Made by a program: the position numbers and the translations under genes
NCBI GenBank assembly: GCA_965644295.1
Contig: CBFFRP010000280.1
Coordinates: 62,001-126,000, forward strand
Direction of reading: 5' to 3'
DNA from: Paraphysomonas bandaiensis
Lineage: Eukaryota; Protista; Chrysophyceae
DNA: 64,000 bases
Part shown: positions 1-12,700 of the stretch, in pieces
How positions within the stretch are numbered: the first letter of the stretch is position 1
Layout: each line of letters opens with the position of its first letter
The notes under the pieces: generated by a model
What the model was told of the DNA's origin: nothing
Seen by the model: only the letters and a program-made list of their open reading frames with translations
Database searches by the model: none

Positions 1-1580
1 ATAGCAGTCTAATTTTTCAACTACCTAAGACGCATCATCAGCAATGTATAGGAAACGATATGAAGATTTACTCATTTATCATTTACATATACATATTATT
101 ATACATGTGAATACAGAATGCAACACGACGCAATGAATAAATCGATTACCTCCTAGAGGGTAAACCAACCCAATAATAGTCTGAAAGTACGGAATCAAGA
201 TAAGTAAGTAAATTGGCACCTAGAGTAACGTATTATTGACCTTGCTCTGCCCTATAGAAATGCGAGAATGCTATGCTATGTATGTTGAATGATTAAAACG
301 CAGTAAATCGGTATTCCATGTTCGACACAAACAAACATGGGTTTCTTTCTCCAATAAAAGGTTATAATTATAATAATATATAGATCATGATAGTCAGTTC
401 TACACAATAAGGCCTCAACAAAATAATGACCGCTAGTTACTTCTCAGAAATTAATTCGTTCAAACAACATACCGTCAAGTCTCTCGATTTGTACAAAATG
501 GTCACCAGAGAGTCAACTTGAACCCACAAAACGCGGACTGGAGTGATTCGACGACCATAAAACAGTTGAGCTCTTATGATCACCAATCTTATTTTAAATG
601 ATATAAATTATATACTTATTTGATGAAAAAGGCGTCTATTAATAGAAAAATTCGTCATATTATGTATAATTATATCATTCGCATCTCCATATATTGTTCA
701 TCTTACGAGTCATTATTTGTTTTGTTGTTGTATTTAAACGCTGTGCAACAATTTCATAAAGAGTAACAATGGGTCCTTCTAGCTGTATTAGAGTCAAACA
801 GAATTAATTATTTAGTTCGTATTTAATATTATCTTAGCATAATCTTAATATATTAACACCCGCGTTAAAACATAAGTCTTTTACAAAATAAGGAATCTTA
901 ATATTTCAAAGCAACTGAAGTTTTAAAAGAAAACGAATATGGCGTATTTATAATACTTAAAAATAAATCATTGCAAAGTTTTTTAAAATTAGATAAAAGT
1001 GTAGTTCAAGGGCAAAATAAAGACAATAATATAATTATGAAAATCAGATTTATCATTATTCTTTTAAATATGAATTCCATCTGAAAAATTATAATATAAT
1101 AATTGATAAATTTGTTCTCTTACATTTATGTTTGCTGTTGATTTACCATTATTATTAAATTTCATGGGTCGGTGAAAATTGCGCTTCTTCGTATGACGGA
1201 GAAGAAACGGCTGTCTATAGGAGCTGAAATTTTAAATTACTTTATTTATTTATTTATGCTCGTAAGCTCTGAGTCCTCTAATTGAAGTCTTGTAATCGTC
1301 GATTGAGTTTATTTGACCCTGATTTTATTCTCTGTCATTAGGAAGTTCTTCGTGCCAAAAGGTGGCATGGAATTTTTTCTTTTGTCGAATGACTTGGATT
1401 TGGAGTTGTCGTAACTATTAGTTTGGAACTCATCTCTTGCCAAAATGAGATGTATGACAAGTTACAACATTCATCAATAGGTACTTCTAAAATCTCTTTT
1501 AAAGTTACATTGATTGCTTCATTGTTGTTGATGTATAACGTATAAAGTATAAATACATAAATACGGGATATATTATTCAA

Positions 1581-1686
1581 CCTAGTCAATTTGGTGGACT
1601 TTCCTAGTCACTCCAAAATTGGTATAATAACCTAGTCAAAGCAATAAATGACTCAACCTAGCCAATTATAGTATTAAACCTAGTCA
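1581..1686 (+). repeat. Array of five CCTAGTCA-type 8-mers with unique spacers
   Basis: CCTAGTCA at 1581, 1603, 1631 and 1679, CCTAGCCA at 1657; period 22-28 nt; lies at the edge of an AT-rich, gene-poor 1.6 kb block. Confidence 0.75.
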
Positions 1687-2021
1687 TGAATTGTACTCGC
1701 ATATAGCTACGAATTACAGAAGCATGAGGTCATAGAAGGTGAATTAAAATCAATACAACATAGATCAGGCGAACACAAAGCTAAAGAGCAGTAATATAGT
1801 AAGATATAACAGCATGGGCAGGACTCCATCGCTCTACACATTCTACCATACGATTGATGACAGCACTATAAAATCTCATCAAAATTGGGGTGTATCCTGC
1901 TGCTATAGTTGTCAGGCAGAAATCCACTCCACGCACATATACGACATACTTTACAAATGTGGACTACGATGCTGAAATATGATTTATCTTTCTAACTAAT
2001 ATTCAAAATTGTATCATAGTG

Positions 2022-5000
2022 TCATTCGACCCATCGGGACTGATTAGTAGATGCGGAATACAAGTAATAGTTACCAGATGCCTCATCCAGATACTTCACC
2101 CAGTCGTCCACAGTTTCCCAGCTGCCATCCTGGTACGAGATTTCCGCACCATCTACACTTTCCACTTGGTGTAGGCCAATTTCGCGCGTATGAGATTCCG
2201 ATTCAACATATAGTGCCTCTTTTTCTGTCCGCAATGCCTGTATTCTATTCACGACAGCATCGAAATCGTGAAGATTTCCTATTGTTGTTCTCTCACCCCT
2301 AGTGCCGTTGGTCACCACGTTATTCCGAATCGCTTCACCCTCACTGCGAACCATCAGTACGTCAGGGCTATCAAAGCAGCCAACTACACCGTCATGGAGA
2401 CTGGCATCAAAAGCATTTAGCAGAGCTACGGAAAGATGGGCCTTCGTGCTGCACTCTGAATTGGTCCTTTGGAAGTGCTCAAACATGCTACAAAATAGTT
2501 CCTTTTCTAGCCCAACCTGCGCCACAACCTCGGCCGCAAGCGACACTACTCGTTGTATCGTGAGGGTTTCGTCCTCCACTCCAGGAACATAGTTGCTCAC
2601 CAACAAGTCTACACGATCCCTCCCAAGCACATTCTCAGCAACTACTCCAACAATTGACACAAGGCCAGTCACACTACTCTCATCCCCGCTCTCATCGGCC
2701 TCGAACTCCGACAAATATTTCCTTGCTCGGCCCATTCCTTCTCTTAACGGCACAGAGGACGAGTATAATGCGCGCAGTACCTCAAGCCCCTCAGTGAAGT
2801 CAGAGAGACTTGATTCGAAAAGTAGCAAAGAATCCTCTGACTTCCACCGCTGTTGCAGCTGCGAAGTGTACGATGAACGGTGTCGGCGCATCGACAGACG
2901 TCCACTTGAGAGGGTAGGCAATTCCCCGCCGATTCCAGATACTATACTGTCCATCCCAAGACTAGCTCTGCTGCATCGGGCCAACCGCTCTGTAGGGGTC
3001 CACTGCTCTGCACTTTCAGCACCATCTTCACATCCCGGTCCCTCATCCTGGGATGTCACCAATGAACAACACCTTACCCGGATCATAATACTTCCGAATG
3101 AAAAGAGATCCTTTATGCGAAGGGAGTGAAGGGCCGCAATGTCTACAGTTGATCCCAGTGTTGTTTCAAAGAAAACTCCACTACTTGGACACATGGAGTG
3201 TGATATAGTGGATGCCTCTCGAACAGCTCGGAGAGCATCCACGAGACGTTCCTCAAATAGACGTCGGTGATAAGGCATCTTCCACAGATTCCACACCTGG
3301 GGACAACCAACTATTACAAAAGGAACATACTATTTAGTTCCTGCTACATACCATCGCTGCAAGTCTTTCTTTCCTCTCTTTCGTGGTCTCTACACGTCCC
3401 AAAATTACTTCTCGAACAGCTTGTTCATGAGAGGGCAACACCGGAGACGATAAATTCTCTTCACTACCAACAGGTGGTCGAGGGTCATGAAATGCAAACA
3501 CATGACTGCATACCCCGAGCACTACTCTGTCCCCAGCTCTCAACTCCACCTCCATTATCTCCGAAGAATTGATCACGTCAATGCCTTGGCTAAGTTGTCT
3601 ACCATTGACATATGTACTTGCGTGTGGAGAGTTACGGAGTACCACCGCTCCAGATGGAGTGTGGTGAATAGAGCAGTGGTTCTTTTCGATTCCAAGCCCG
3701 TCTATTTGCAAGTCAGGAGGTGTGGAATCATGTGTGTCACATCTATCTTCCCCATTGCCATTTTCCACATGTTGTCCAATTCGGAGGGTATTGCCTATTG
3801 GTATATATATCTTAATAGCCATGTTTAACATTGGGTCATTTGACAGTGACACAAGGAAGGGTGTTTTCTCAATGTCTTCTTGCGACAAATCTCCAGCACC
3901 AAAGGAGGCAAATCTTTTCTTCAGAAGCTTTGATTTAACCATTCGCATAGACTGCTGCTTCGCTTCCCACTGTTTTGCATAGTTTCTAAGTGCCTCTTCT
4001 GCTTCGAGCAGATTTCGCTTTAAATCAAGACCAACGGGTGCTGGTCTAGCGCCATCTACACATTGAGACATGGACAACTGCTCTCTCAACCTCAGAACCT
4101 CGTTACGAAGATCAGTTATGATCTTTGTGGTTGGATCTTCGTTGACCTTGTAAAAGCAACATACAAGTTAAATGTACAGGAAATAAATGCAGAAAACCTT
4201 ACCACTGCCTGAGTAAATATTTGCTTTGCAGAGTTGGCATACCTAAGTGTAGACAGACTCTCACCATAGTTTATGCTAGCGGGGCTTATCGTTGCGAGCA
4301 CTGCATACCATGAGAAAACTTTCAAAAAATAAGAAAATTGTTACTCACTCGCTGTCTTGGCATTACCACATAAACTTTCCCGTAGCAGCCAAGTGAGGAC
4401 TGACTCTCTGAATGGAATAGAAACTTTCTTTTCTTCGCCACGAGAGTTGAACGACTTCTGCTTATCGCCCGCAGCTTTGGCAAGAGCTGATATGCATCTT
4501 CCCAGCGTCGACAAGGAGCGATTGATATTTGCCCCTTCTTTGAGACGAGCCCCAGTAGCACCAGTAGAGTTAGCTCTTTCAGAGCCCGCAAGATCTACCA
4601 AGCAAAGTTTGCAGAGTCTCACAGACCTGGCGTTAGAGTTATATTACCAATACAATATCTATCTTCAAAGCTTACTTTTTACCACTTGCAAGAGTAGTTT
4701 GAAATCTTATAACAATTGTGAATACAGAATGTGAGCGGGAGCTTTCGCTGTTCATATTCGTGGATGCCGTGGTGCGTTGTTCAAGTCCCATTTCAAGCAA
4801 GTCCTCCACATCCTTATAGCTCTCTACAGCACAGGTACTCAGGTTTTCAACAAAGACTCCAGTTGTGGGATGTTCCCTCACTCTCAAGTTATGACGAGAT
4901 GGGTCTAATAAGTCGCGGATTTTCTAACACAACTGATTAGCACAGTTTAATCAGCGTCAAGCACAGAACCTCGTTGTAGATCTCAAGATAAGAGGCTTCA

Positions 5001-8000
5001 ACAGCAAAAGGCCTGTCTTCTGCAGCGACCCCATCATCCAAACAGTTCTCCTGGATGTACCGGCGAATCAAATAAAACAGAGTCCGACAAACCCTAGGGA
5101 TTATTCCTGGGTCCTTCTCCGTTCCCATCATACTATACGACTTCCTGAACAAGCAATCACTTCAGAAAAGTACACACAGCAGTCACCTACCCTGATCCAG
5201 TCTGCCCATCTGATCAAAACGCCAAAATTAGAGAATATTTTAATCGTAAACAAATCTTACATGCAAAGAGTGATGCGTTGTACCCGTTCCAGGCATTCGT
5301 GAGAACTTCTATACCCAGTTTGTCAAACGTGACTCGCTGTGACCCTGCTGAGGGATCGTTGTCGGGCGCATTTGCATCAAAACAAAAGTCAAAGTTAAAC
5401 CTATGCTCCTGTGTAGCCTCAATGTCTTCAACCACGACCTCTGTACCATTCAACATATGAACGCACTGCTGTGACTTAAGATCCTTCTCCCGTGCATTAA
5501 GTGGGCGCATTCTAATCGCTACCCTAACATTAGTTCCTCCGTCGGACCCACTTCCCCCACCACTATTGCTGCTATCCTGCAGCTGTTGCCATATAGCCTC
5601 CATCTGCTCATCATCTGTTGCCATACTGTTCAGCCTACGAGGTCCACTCACACCACTGACTGCTGGTAGTTGCTGCGTGGCATCGCGTCTCTCTCTTGCT
5701 GGCTGGGAGCTTGTGGGCTTTATTTTCGCAGTCATCGCAGCCTCTATGGCGGGATTTTCCACGATTGGAAAAAGATTAGTTCGAGACAAACTTGTTTGTG
5801 ATCCCCCACTATACTCATCCAGTGAAGCCGTAAATGACGGTAGCTCTGGAAAAATTAAAGTAGAGTCATCAGAATTATCTTTGTTCTCGTCAGAATCACT
5901 GCCAGAACTATCTTTGGTGACTCGCTTTAAACTTGAGCTAAAGACAACAGTTCGATGGCTGTCAGAGGTGTGCTTTCCCAATACAGGAGACATCACACCA
6001 CTCTTCCTACGGGCACTTTTCAGCGGTGAAACCAGAGTGCTCTGACCAGAATCGCCAGTTCCATACAGGTCAGGTCGCACAGCCAGCCCACTCACACTGT
6101 GCCTCCTCATAGGAGGGCACAACGACACCCTCGGTTCCCCACTGTCCTTGCTCTCCATTCTCCCGTTCGATTCCTTCAAAGTGTTTATCAGTTGGTCGTA
6201 AAGGACTCGCTCCGCCTGGTCGTGCTCCCGTATAGATGCAAGGCGTTGATACAATTCCTCAGACACACGCACTGCCTCTTCTCTTTTATAGACCTCCTCA
6301 GCTAACTGCTGCTGTGCTTCGGCGTATAGATTCTCCCATTGTTGCAGCGCATACTTGTCGTAGTCGAGCGTATCACTGCAAGACTGTTGTTGCTCCAATT
6401 CGCATTCCTGTGCTCTACCAGTAGATATAACCTCATAATTTTGTACACTTTCACAGAAATGATCTGACGCCCCCACTGCATCTGTGGCAACAGTGGAACT
6501 TTCAGCTTTTTCCTCCTTACCGACGTCAGTGTCGTTATCTGTCCAGTCCCGCATATCAGCGGGAAGAGTATCATAAAGAGTAAGACTATGAATTCCTGGT
6601 GACATTCCTGACCCATTCTCACATACATGTTCCTCAACGGCCTCTTTCATACATCCGACGGAAGATTCATCAGGTGTTGCAACAGACTCTCCAGGGGTTT
6701 CTGATGAAGAACTCCTAACAAGCAAATCGGTGACGATTTCGTTAGCTTCGATCATTCCATCATTATTCCGTTCGGGTTGAGTACTATCTAAAACTTCACT
6801 GGGGCGCAAAGGGATTGGGGGACGACCAAGAGAGACCGGCGCCTCGGGATTACTCACACTTCTCGTTCTGCTGTCACCTACACTGGGACGTGCTACAAAA
6901 CTCATACTATTTGGGCGACTAGAAGAGGGGGAAAACTTGTCTCCAGAACTGGATATGTGTAGCTTTAAGTCTTCAAAAGCTGCTCGTTTAGCCTCAAGCT
7001 GTGTTTTCAATCCACTGATGTTTTCTTCTAATTCGTGTTTCTCTGCTTTTAGCACAGCACATTTCTGCTTCTCGTCGGCAAGCATTGATTTGAGCTTGCC
7101 CATGTACGTTTCTGTCTTCGCCCAGTGAGCTTTTACTTGTTGTTGGTATGTACCGCTCTGCTTTTTCAATTCATTATAACGTCGCACAGCCATAGCAACG
7201 TCTTCATGAACTTTAACGAACGTCGCATATTTCACCCAAACGCCAAAAGACTTTACGAGAATGTTCTTATGTCTACTCCGTATGGTACTCCATATATGTA
7301 ATGCACCCCTCTGCAACGTGTCCTCTCCACCCTTATCACGGATCACCTCAGTCGTGTCAACACGTCCCACTCTGTTTGCCGCTGCATCAGTCTGCACTTC
7401 GACGGAAATACATTGGCACCCCTCGTTACCACTAATAGTAACAGGAGGAATACCGTCAACCGAGAGAGGCGAGGTGGACTCGGACAAATTTTTAATTGAG
7501 GAGAGTTGGAGTGAGTCTGTATACCTTCGCCAATGGGTGAAATATCCCCACAGTGCGTCGCGGTATTTTGAGCGTGCAAAACACCATAGGTGTAAGGCCC
7601 CCATATGACTATGCCCAAAACAATTTCTACCAAATTCACTACTCCTGTTTATGTTACTAGTCGCAGCGCTCTCCCCTGAGTGGGGGATTGCAGGGCGTGA
7701 ATCGGTTTGTTCACCCATATTATCATTTCTCAGTGGTGGAGGCACTGACGGAGGCGGCGGAGGTTTGTTGGATGTAGAAGTGTCTCCAGTTTTCGCCATC
7801 GGTAAATCAGGCGATTCATATAGCTCTGACGACGAGCTGCGACTATGGCTACTAGGAGACCCTTTTCGTTTGCCCATAGACATGAGGTTTGAGTTTCTGA
7901 CATCAGCAGAGCCTGTTTCTCCACTTTCATTATTCCTACTATCCCTACCCATTAGCTCCTCTTCTAGTTGTCTGATGATAGCTTCTGCTGTCTCTGCCCT

Positions 8001-9327
8001 TGATATTGCACTACTGAGTTCACTACGGACCTCTTTTTGCGCCTTAAGCGAGATCACCTCACGTTGGTACTTGTCGGAGTGAATATGAGCCAACTGAGTT
8101 TCCAGAGCGTGGATCTTGTGCTGCGCTGCTTTTGCTCTAAATTTGGCTTCCAGCATCTGTTTCTTAGAAGCTTCCTCAGACCCAGAACTGATTCCTATCA
8201 CCTCTGCCATTAACTTCCATTTGCCAAACGACTGTACCAAGAGACGTTTGTGCACCCCGCAGAGAGCCCAAAACATCTGCATGGCCCCTATCGTAGAGTC
8301 TATACTCTGATGCCGAAAAGACTTTTTCTTAGTAGTAGGTCGCAGATTCTTACCTACCGAATTTGTAGGTCGTGAAGCGGGGGAAATAAGGGAAGTAGAG
8401 GCTGCAGCCAAGGTGGCTCGTCGCTTTGGAGTCGGACTGAGAGGTGAGCCAGATGAAGGAGGGGGATGAAAAACACCTTCTACAGCGCAAGCCTCATGCC
8501 ATCCGTCACCAGTTCCAATTACACCAACTGCGAGTAAGTCAACAGCTTGTTGAGACTATAGATATCTATACCTTCAGGTAGCTCGAGACCTTGCCCCATA
8601 GCAGTAAGTTCCAGGGGGTCCAATAACGAGGTCGCCACGAATATTTGCCCCACTGTCTCTGCATGCTTGGAATCGACCACCATGCGCCCAATGTCCCTTA
8701 CTGTTCGATTTCGAGTCCTAATACTATACCTGCATAGGTATCTATCACCACAGTACAATGTCAAGCAAATATATAAACCATTTACACATGGGAGCGTGAG
8801 GTTCAGGTGGTGGGATCTGTAACTCCCCTGCATGAAGTTAGTATATATGACAACATCGCATCACACCCATACCAATGACAGTATCTCTTCCAAACTGGAC
8901 ACAGTCGTAAACATATAAGCAAGCGCTCAGGTCAGTCTGATAGGGAAATATAAAGCTTTCATTCCATATGGGCTGCAGGCTCTTAGGGACAGTGGCTGTA
9001 CGGAACCTCTGCCCCCCATACTTTATTCTCACAAACGGATTCGAAGTTACTGTATTCTCAATGAAACATAATCTCAATGAACAGTTATCGTACCTCCTGC
9101 TGTGGTTCGAGGTAACCCTGTTCATTACATCATTAATAATAACTACAACAACAACACACACACACTCTCTCTCTCTCTCTCACTATATATACATATACAT
9201 ATACATATACATATATCTGTATATCACTCACTATACAGGCGTAACACTCACCTCGAGCAGACACTATAGTGATAAAAAACACTAATGGTCTCTCCTGGAC
9301 TCTCTGATCATTTGTCGAGTCGTCCAT
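2022..9327 (-). CDS. Multi-exon kinesin-3-like motor (KIF13/KIF16/KIF14-like) with N-terminal C2 domain, long coiled-coil extension, internal motor, FHA and C-terminal WW domain
   Basis: Motor motifs [21 protein letters not shown] (across a micro-exon), [63 protein letters not shown]; FHA region ([19 protein letters not shown]); WW ([24 protein letters not shown]); C2 ([32 protein letters not shown]) joined by GT-AG introns; ATG at 9327 (MDDSTND). Confidence 0.85.
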
Positions 9328-9780
9328 TGTGGTAAAGAAGATTATAGTTAGATCTACAGCCCTCTGAACAGAGGCTTTAAACACCGTAGCACATCATTGC
9401 AATATAATCCTCTAAAAGTAGCCCCAACTCAACCCTCGAAACCGGGATTTTCAATTTTCAGTGTCTTAAAATATAATGTTTATAGGAAGATATTGTAGAA
9501 ATCTCAGTTTATGTCATCCAACTCTAGAAAAATGGTATGGTTTCTTTCACTCCATGAGTGCGATTTCGTCCACTTCTACAATAGCACAAGAATACACTAT
9601 GAGGCAGCAGGTCTCTATGTGGTGTATGTATGTATACCACTCTGTCGTATAGTTCTATAGACAAAAATAAATAAGTGGCTCCCAATAAGGTCTTAACTAA
9701 CAGTCCATTCCCACTCTACACAGTTATGGAACACTACTTGAATTAACTATAATTCTATCAAAGCAAATAGCATTGTTGCA

Positions 9781-12700
9781 ATGTTGCGGCGATTAGCAGT
9801 TCATAATCAAATCTTTCTTAGGACTCAATCGTTTAAAGTGACATCAATCTCATTATTTAATACTTCACGTTATTTTTATTCTTCTTTGGATTCCAACTCT
9901 AGTATACAGAACCATGCTATCAAAGGGGTGAAAGGGAATGATGTTGAGACAGGTGATGTAGTCAATAAGATAAGAGTGGATTTTAATAAGCCACTTACGA
10001 GTGCAGCCATAGCGAATGAACTGTATGACTTGAGACATATGCGTGACACATCAGTGATAGATATCGGATTAATAAAAGGTTTGCAGTCATCAGTAGAAGC
10101 ATGTGAAGACTCTTGGACCTGTGAGGATTTGCATAGGGCTCTCACTGGGGTGCAGTCTCTACCTCTTACACATCCTGCTAACCGCTCTCTTCTATATGCA
10201 CTCTCTCTTAAAGTCAACAATGTGACTGGACCGATCGACGTGGTTCTCATTGTTCAAGCATTAAATGCACTCCGTAATATGAAAGGTGACCATATGGAAA
10301 CTAGGGCACTTCTCCAGCCGCTAGCAAGTTTGTTGGATGCAGGATTGAACCAGTTGGATACCCGCAGGTCCATTAGTGTCCGCGATGCCTGTACTGTAAT
10401 ATCTAGTGTGCGAATGATGGACGGTTTGTGTGATGAAGTTCAGTATGCACTTTCTGTAGTTACATCCGCGGAGTGGGAGGGTAGTCTAGGTACCAATGAA
10501 TTCTTGGCAACTCTTAGGAATATGAGTCGACTGCCTTCAGAAAGTAGCTGTGTACAGCAGGTGCTAACGAAGCTTGTGAGTGCTGTGAAAATTTCTGACA
10601 CTGAAGATAAAAACGAGAAAGTTGTACCTGCGTTGAAAGTTTATGACGCTATGCGTGGTTTGAGTAGAATGTCATCTTCGCACGAACCTGTGAGAGCTGC
10701 ACTCGGCACACTTTGTCGACTATTGGACATGGCACCCGTCGTCTCCAACCGCGCCACTGTATTGAAATGCGCAGAAGCCCTATATAGTATGAGGCACATG
10801 GATTGCGATTCCGCTGAAGTGTCTCAACTACTCTGTCATATTCATGAGGTGCTAAAATCCGTATCGAGACCCCCTGAACGAAGATCGGCAGTCGCGGAGA
10901 GTGATAGCACCAGCAGTGTGGTTACTCTTCCACTCACTGCGTGCTGTCAAGCACTATCGGGGCTTAGAATGATGGACAGTAGGGGTTTTGAAGTGAGAAA
11001 CTTGTTAGTTGACTTATCATACAGTCTACGAGAGGAGGGGCGTACTGGGATAGCGAAAAGAGCTGCGTTTGGCAAAGGTTCACATCTCACCGGCAGGGAT
11101 GTAACTCTCGCTGCAGAGGGACTGCAAAACAAGTCCTGTGAGCACGTGGAAGTCCGGATGGTGTTAGGGGCTCTCGCCGGGAGGATTCAAAGTATGGGTG
11201 GTTGGTTTAATGGTCGCGACCCTACAGAGAACCCGCCTCGAGAGCCGCTGACACAATCCGGCCTTGAGAGCGTACTGCGATGTTTATATTTTATGGACGC
11301 TTCTCGTCCCGTCGTACTAAAGATGGTGGAATACGTCACAGCGCACTTGCGGAACCGAACAAGTGTACCGCCTCTGTCTGGTGAAAGAGCGAGCAGGATT
11401 TTGACGGGCCTGACATGGATGTCATCGGATTATCCTGAGGTTTTGAACCTGCTTAATGCATTTCTTTCAAACCTTTCCCATGGAAAAGGTGGAGGGTGGA
11501 CGGAGAGAGAAGTTTGCTTGGCTCTCAGTAGTTTGGGTAGTATGAGTTCTAGAAGCGGTGAAATCCAAGGTCTCCTTCGTATACTGGCACATAAGATGAA
11601 GAGTCGTGATAGGTTGAATGATGTTAACCCTCTGGAAGTGACCGATATAGCTTTGGCCATAGGTGGAATGCGCTCAATGAATTCCGAACACGATGAGGTT
11701 ACAACACTTCTAAGTATACTCACCGGACGTCTTGAATGCATTCTTTCACAAGAGGGGGCTCAATTAACTGGAGACGATCTAAGTTTGATCATGACTGGGC
11801 TGTGCAATATGAGCAGTGACCATAAAGAGGTACGAAAAGTGATTAAAATACTTTCTCTTGCAATGCGAAATACCTCCCTCGAGCTGTCCAGCACCTGTTT
11901 CATAGATATACTGTATGGCATGCGGGGTTTTGGCAGCGAGTGTTATGAAGTTAGAGCATTCATTAGGTGTGTGCTTTCATTGATGGCGCAACCTGAGAAT
12001 CAATCGGCATTAGTTGGTATAAAACCTGGGATGATAGCCAAATTGCTCACCGGCATCAGGGGGCTCGCCAATGAGGTGACTAGTGATAAACGAGAGCGTG
12101 CTGAGCCTGTAGTCGAACTTGTAAACATGCTCACGGATGTAGTACTAGCCGTCAACGGGACGTTTCGAACGAAAGATCTTTGTATTGCACTTCAGGGGCT
12201 CCAGCGACTGGAGAGCTGGCCACAAGGCCATGAGTATTTCTGCCAGGCCACGGTGGATTTAGTAGATGCTCTCGTTGCGAGGATGGCAAACGAGAAAAAA
12301 ACATCTTCTGTTCTTCCCCTTGAACTTGCACACCGTAGTCGTGCTTTGTATGGTCTAGCTGGTATTGCCGATACGGCATCTCCATGTATATTCTCTCTAA
12401 AAGTTCAGCTTTTGGATGACATTGGGGCATTATTGAAAAGAGTCCCAATTTCTCGTATTGAAGAAGTACAACATACATTGCAGGTTATGAATTTTTACAT
12501 TGCTCGTGATCGCGATCATGTGAGTGATACTGTGGGTAATCGTGCTATTGAGTGTCGGAAAGTTGCATTGAAAACGTTGAATCAATGGCAGAGAGAACTG
12601 ACGAATAATGGAAAGAAAAACGATTCCGATTCCCAGACGAGTAGCTTTATAGAGAGGCGATTTAGAAAAGAGTTCGACGACGTACTCAGCGCGATAAATG

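Noticed and set aside
1581-1686. CRISPR array
   Set aside because: Repeats are only 8 bp, spacers 14-20 bp, there are no cas genes and the context is eukaryotic.
2051-8310. Many plus-strand ORFs over the kinesin, and similar antisense ORFs over other genes
   Set aside because: They are antisense shadows of real coding exons and carry no independent motifs.
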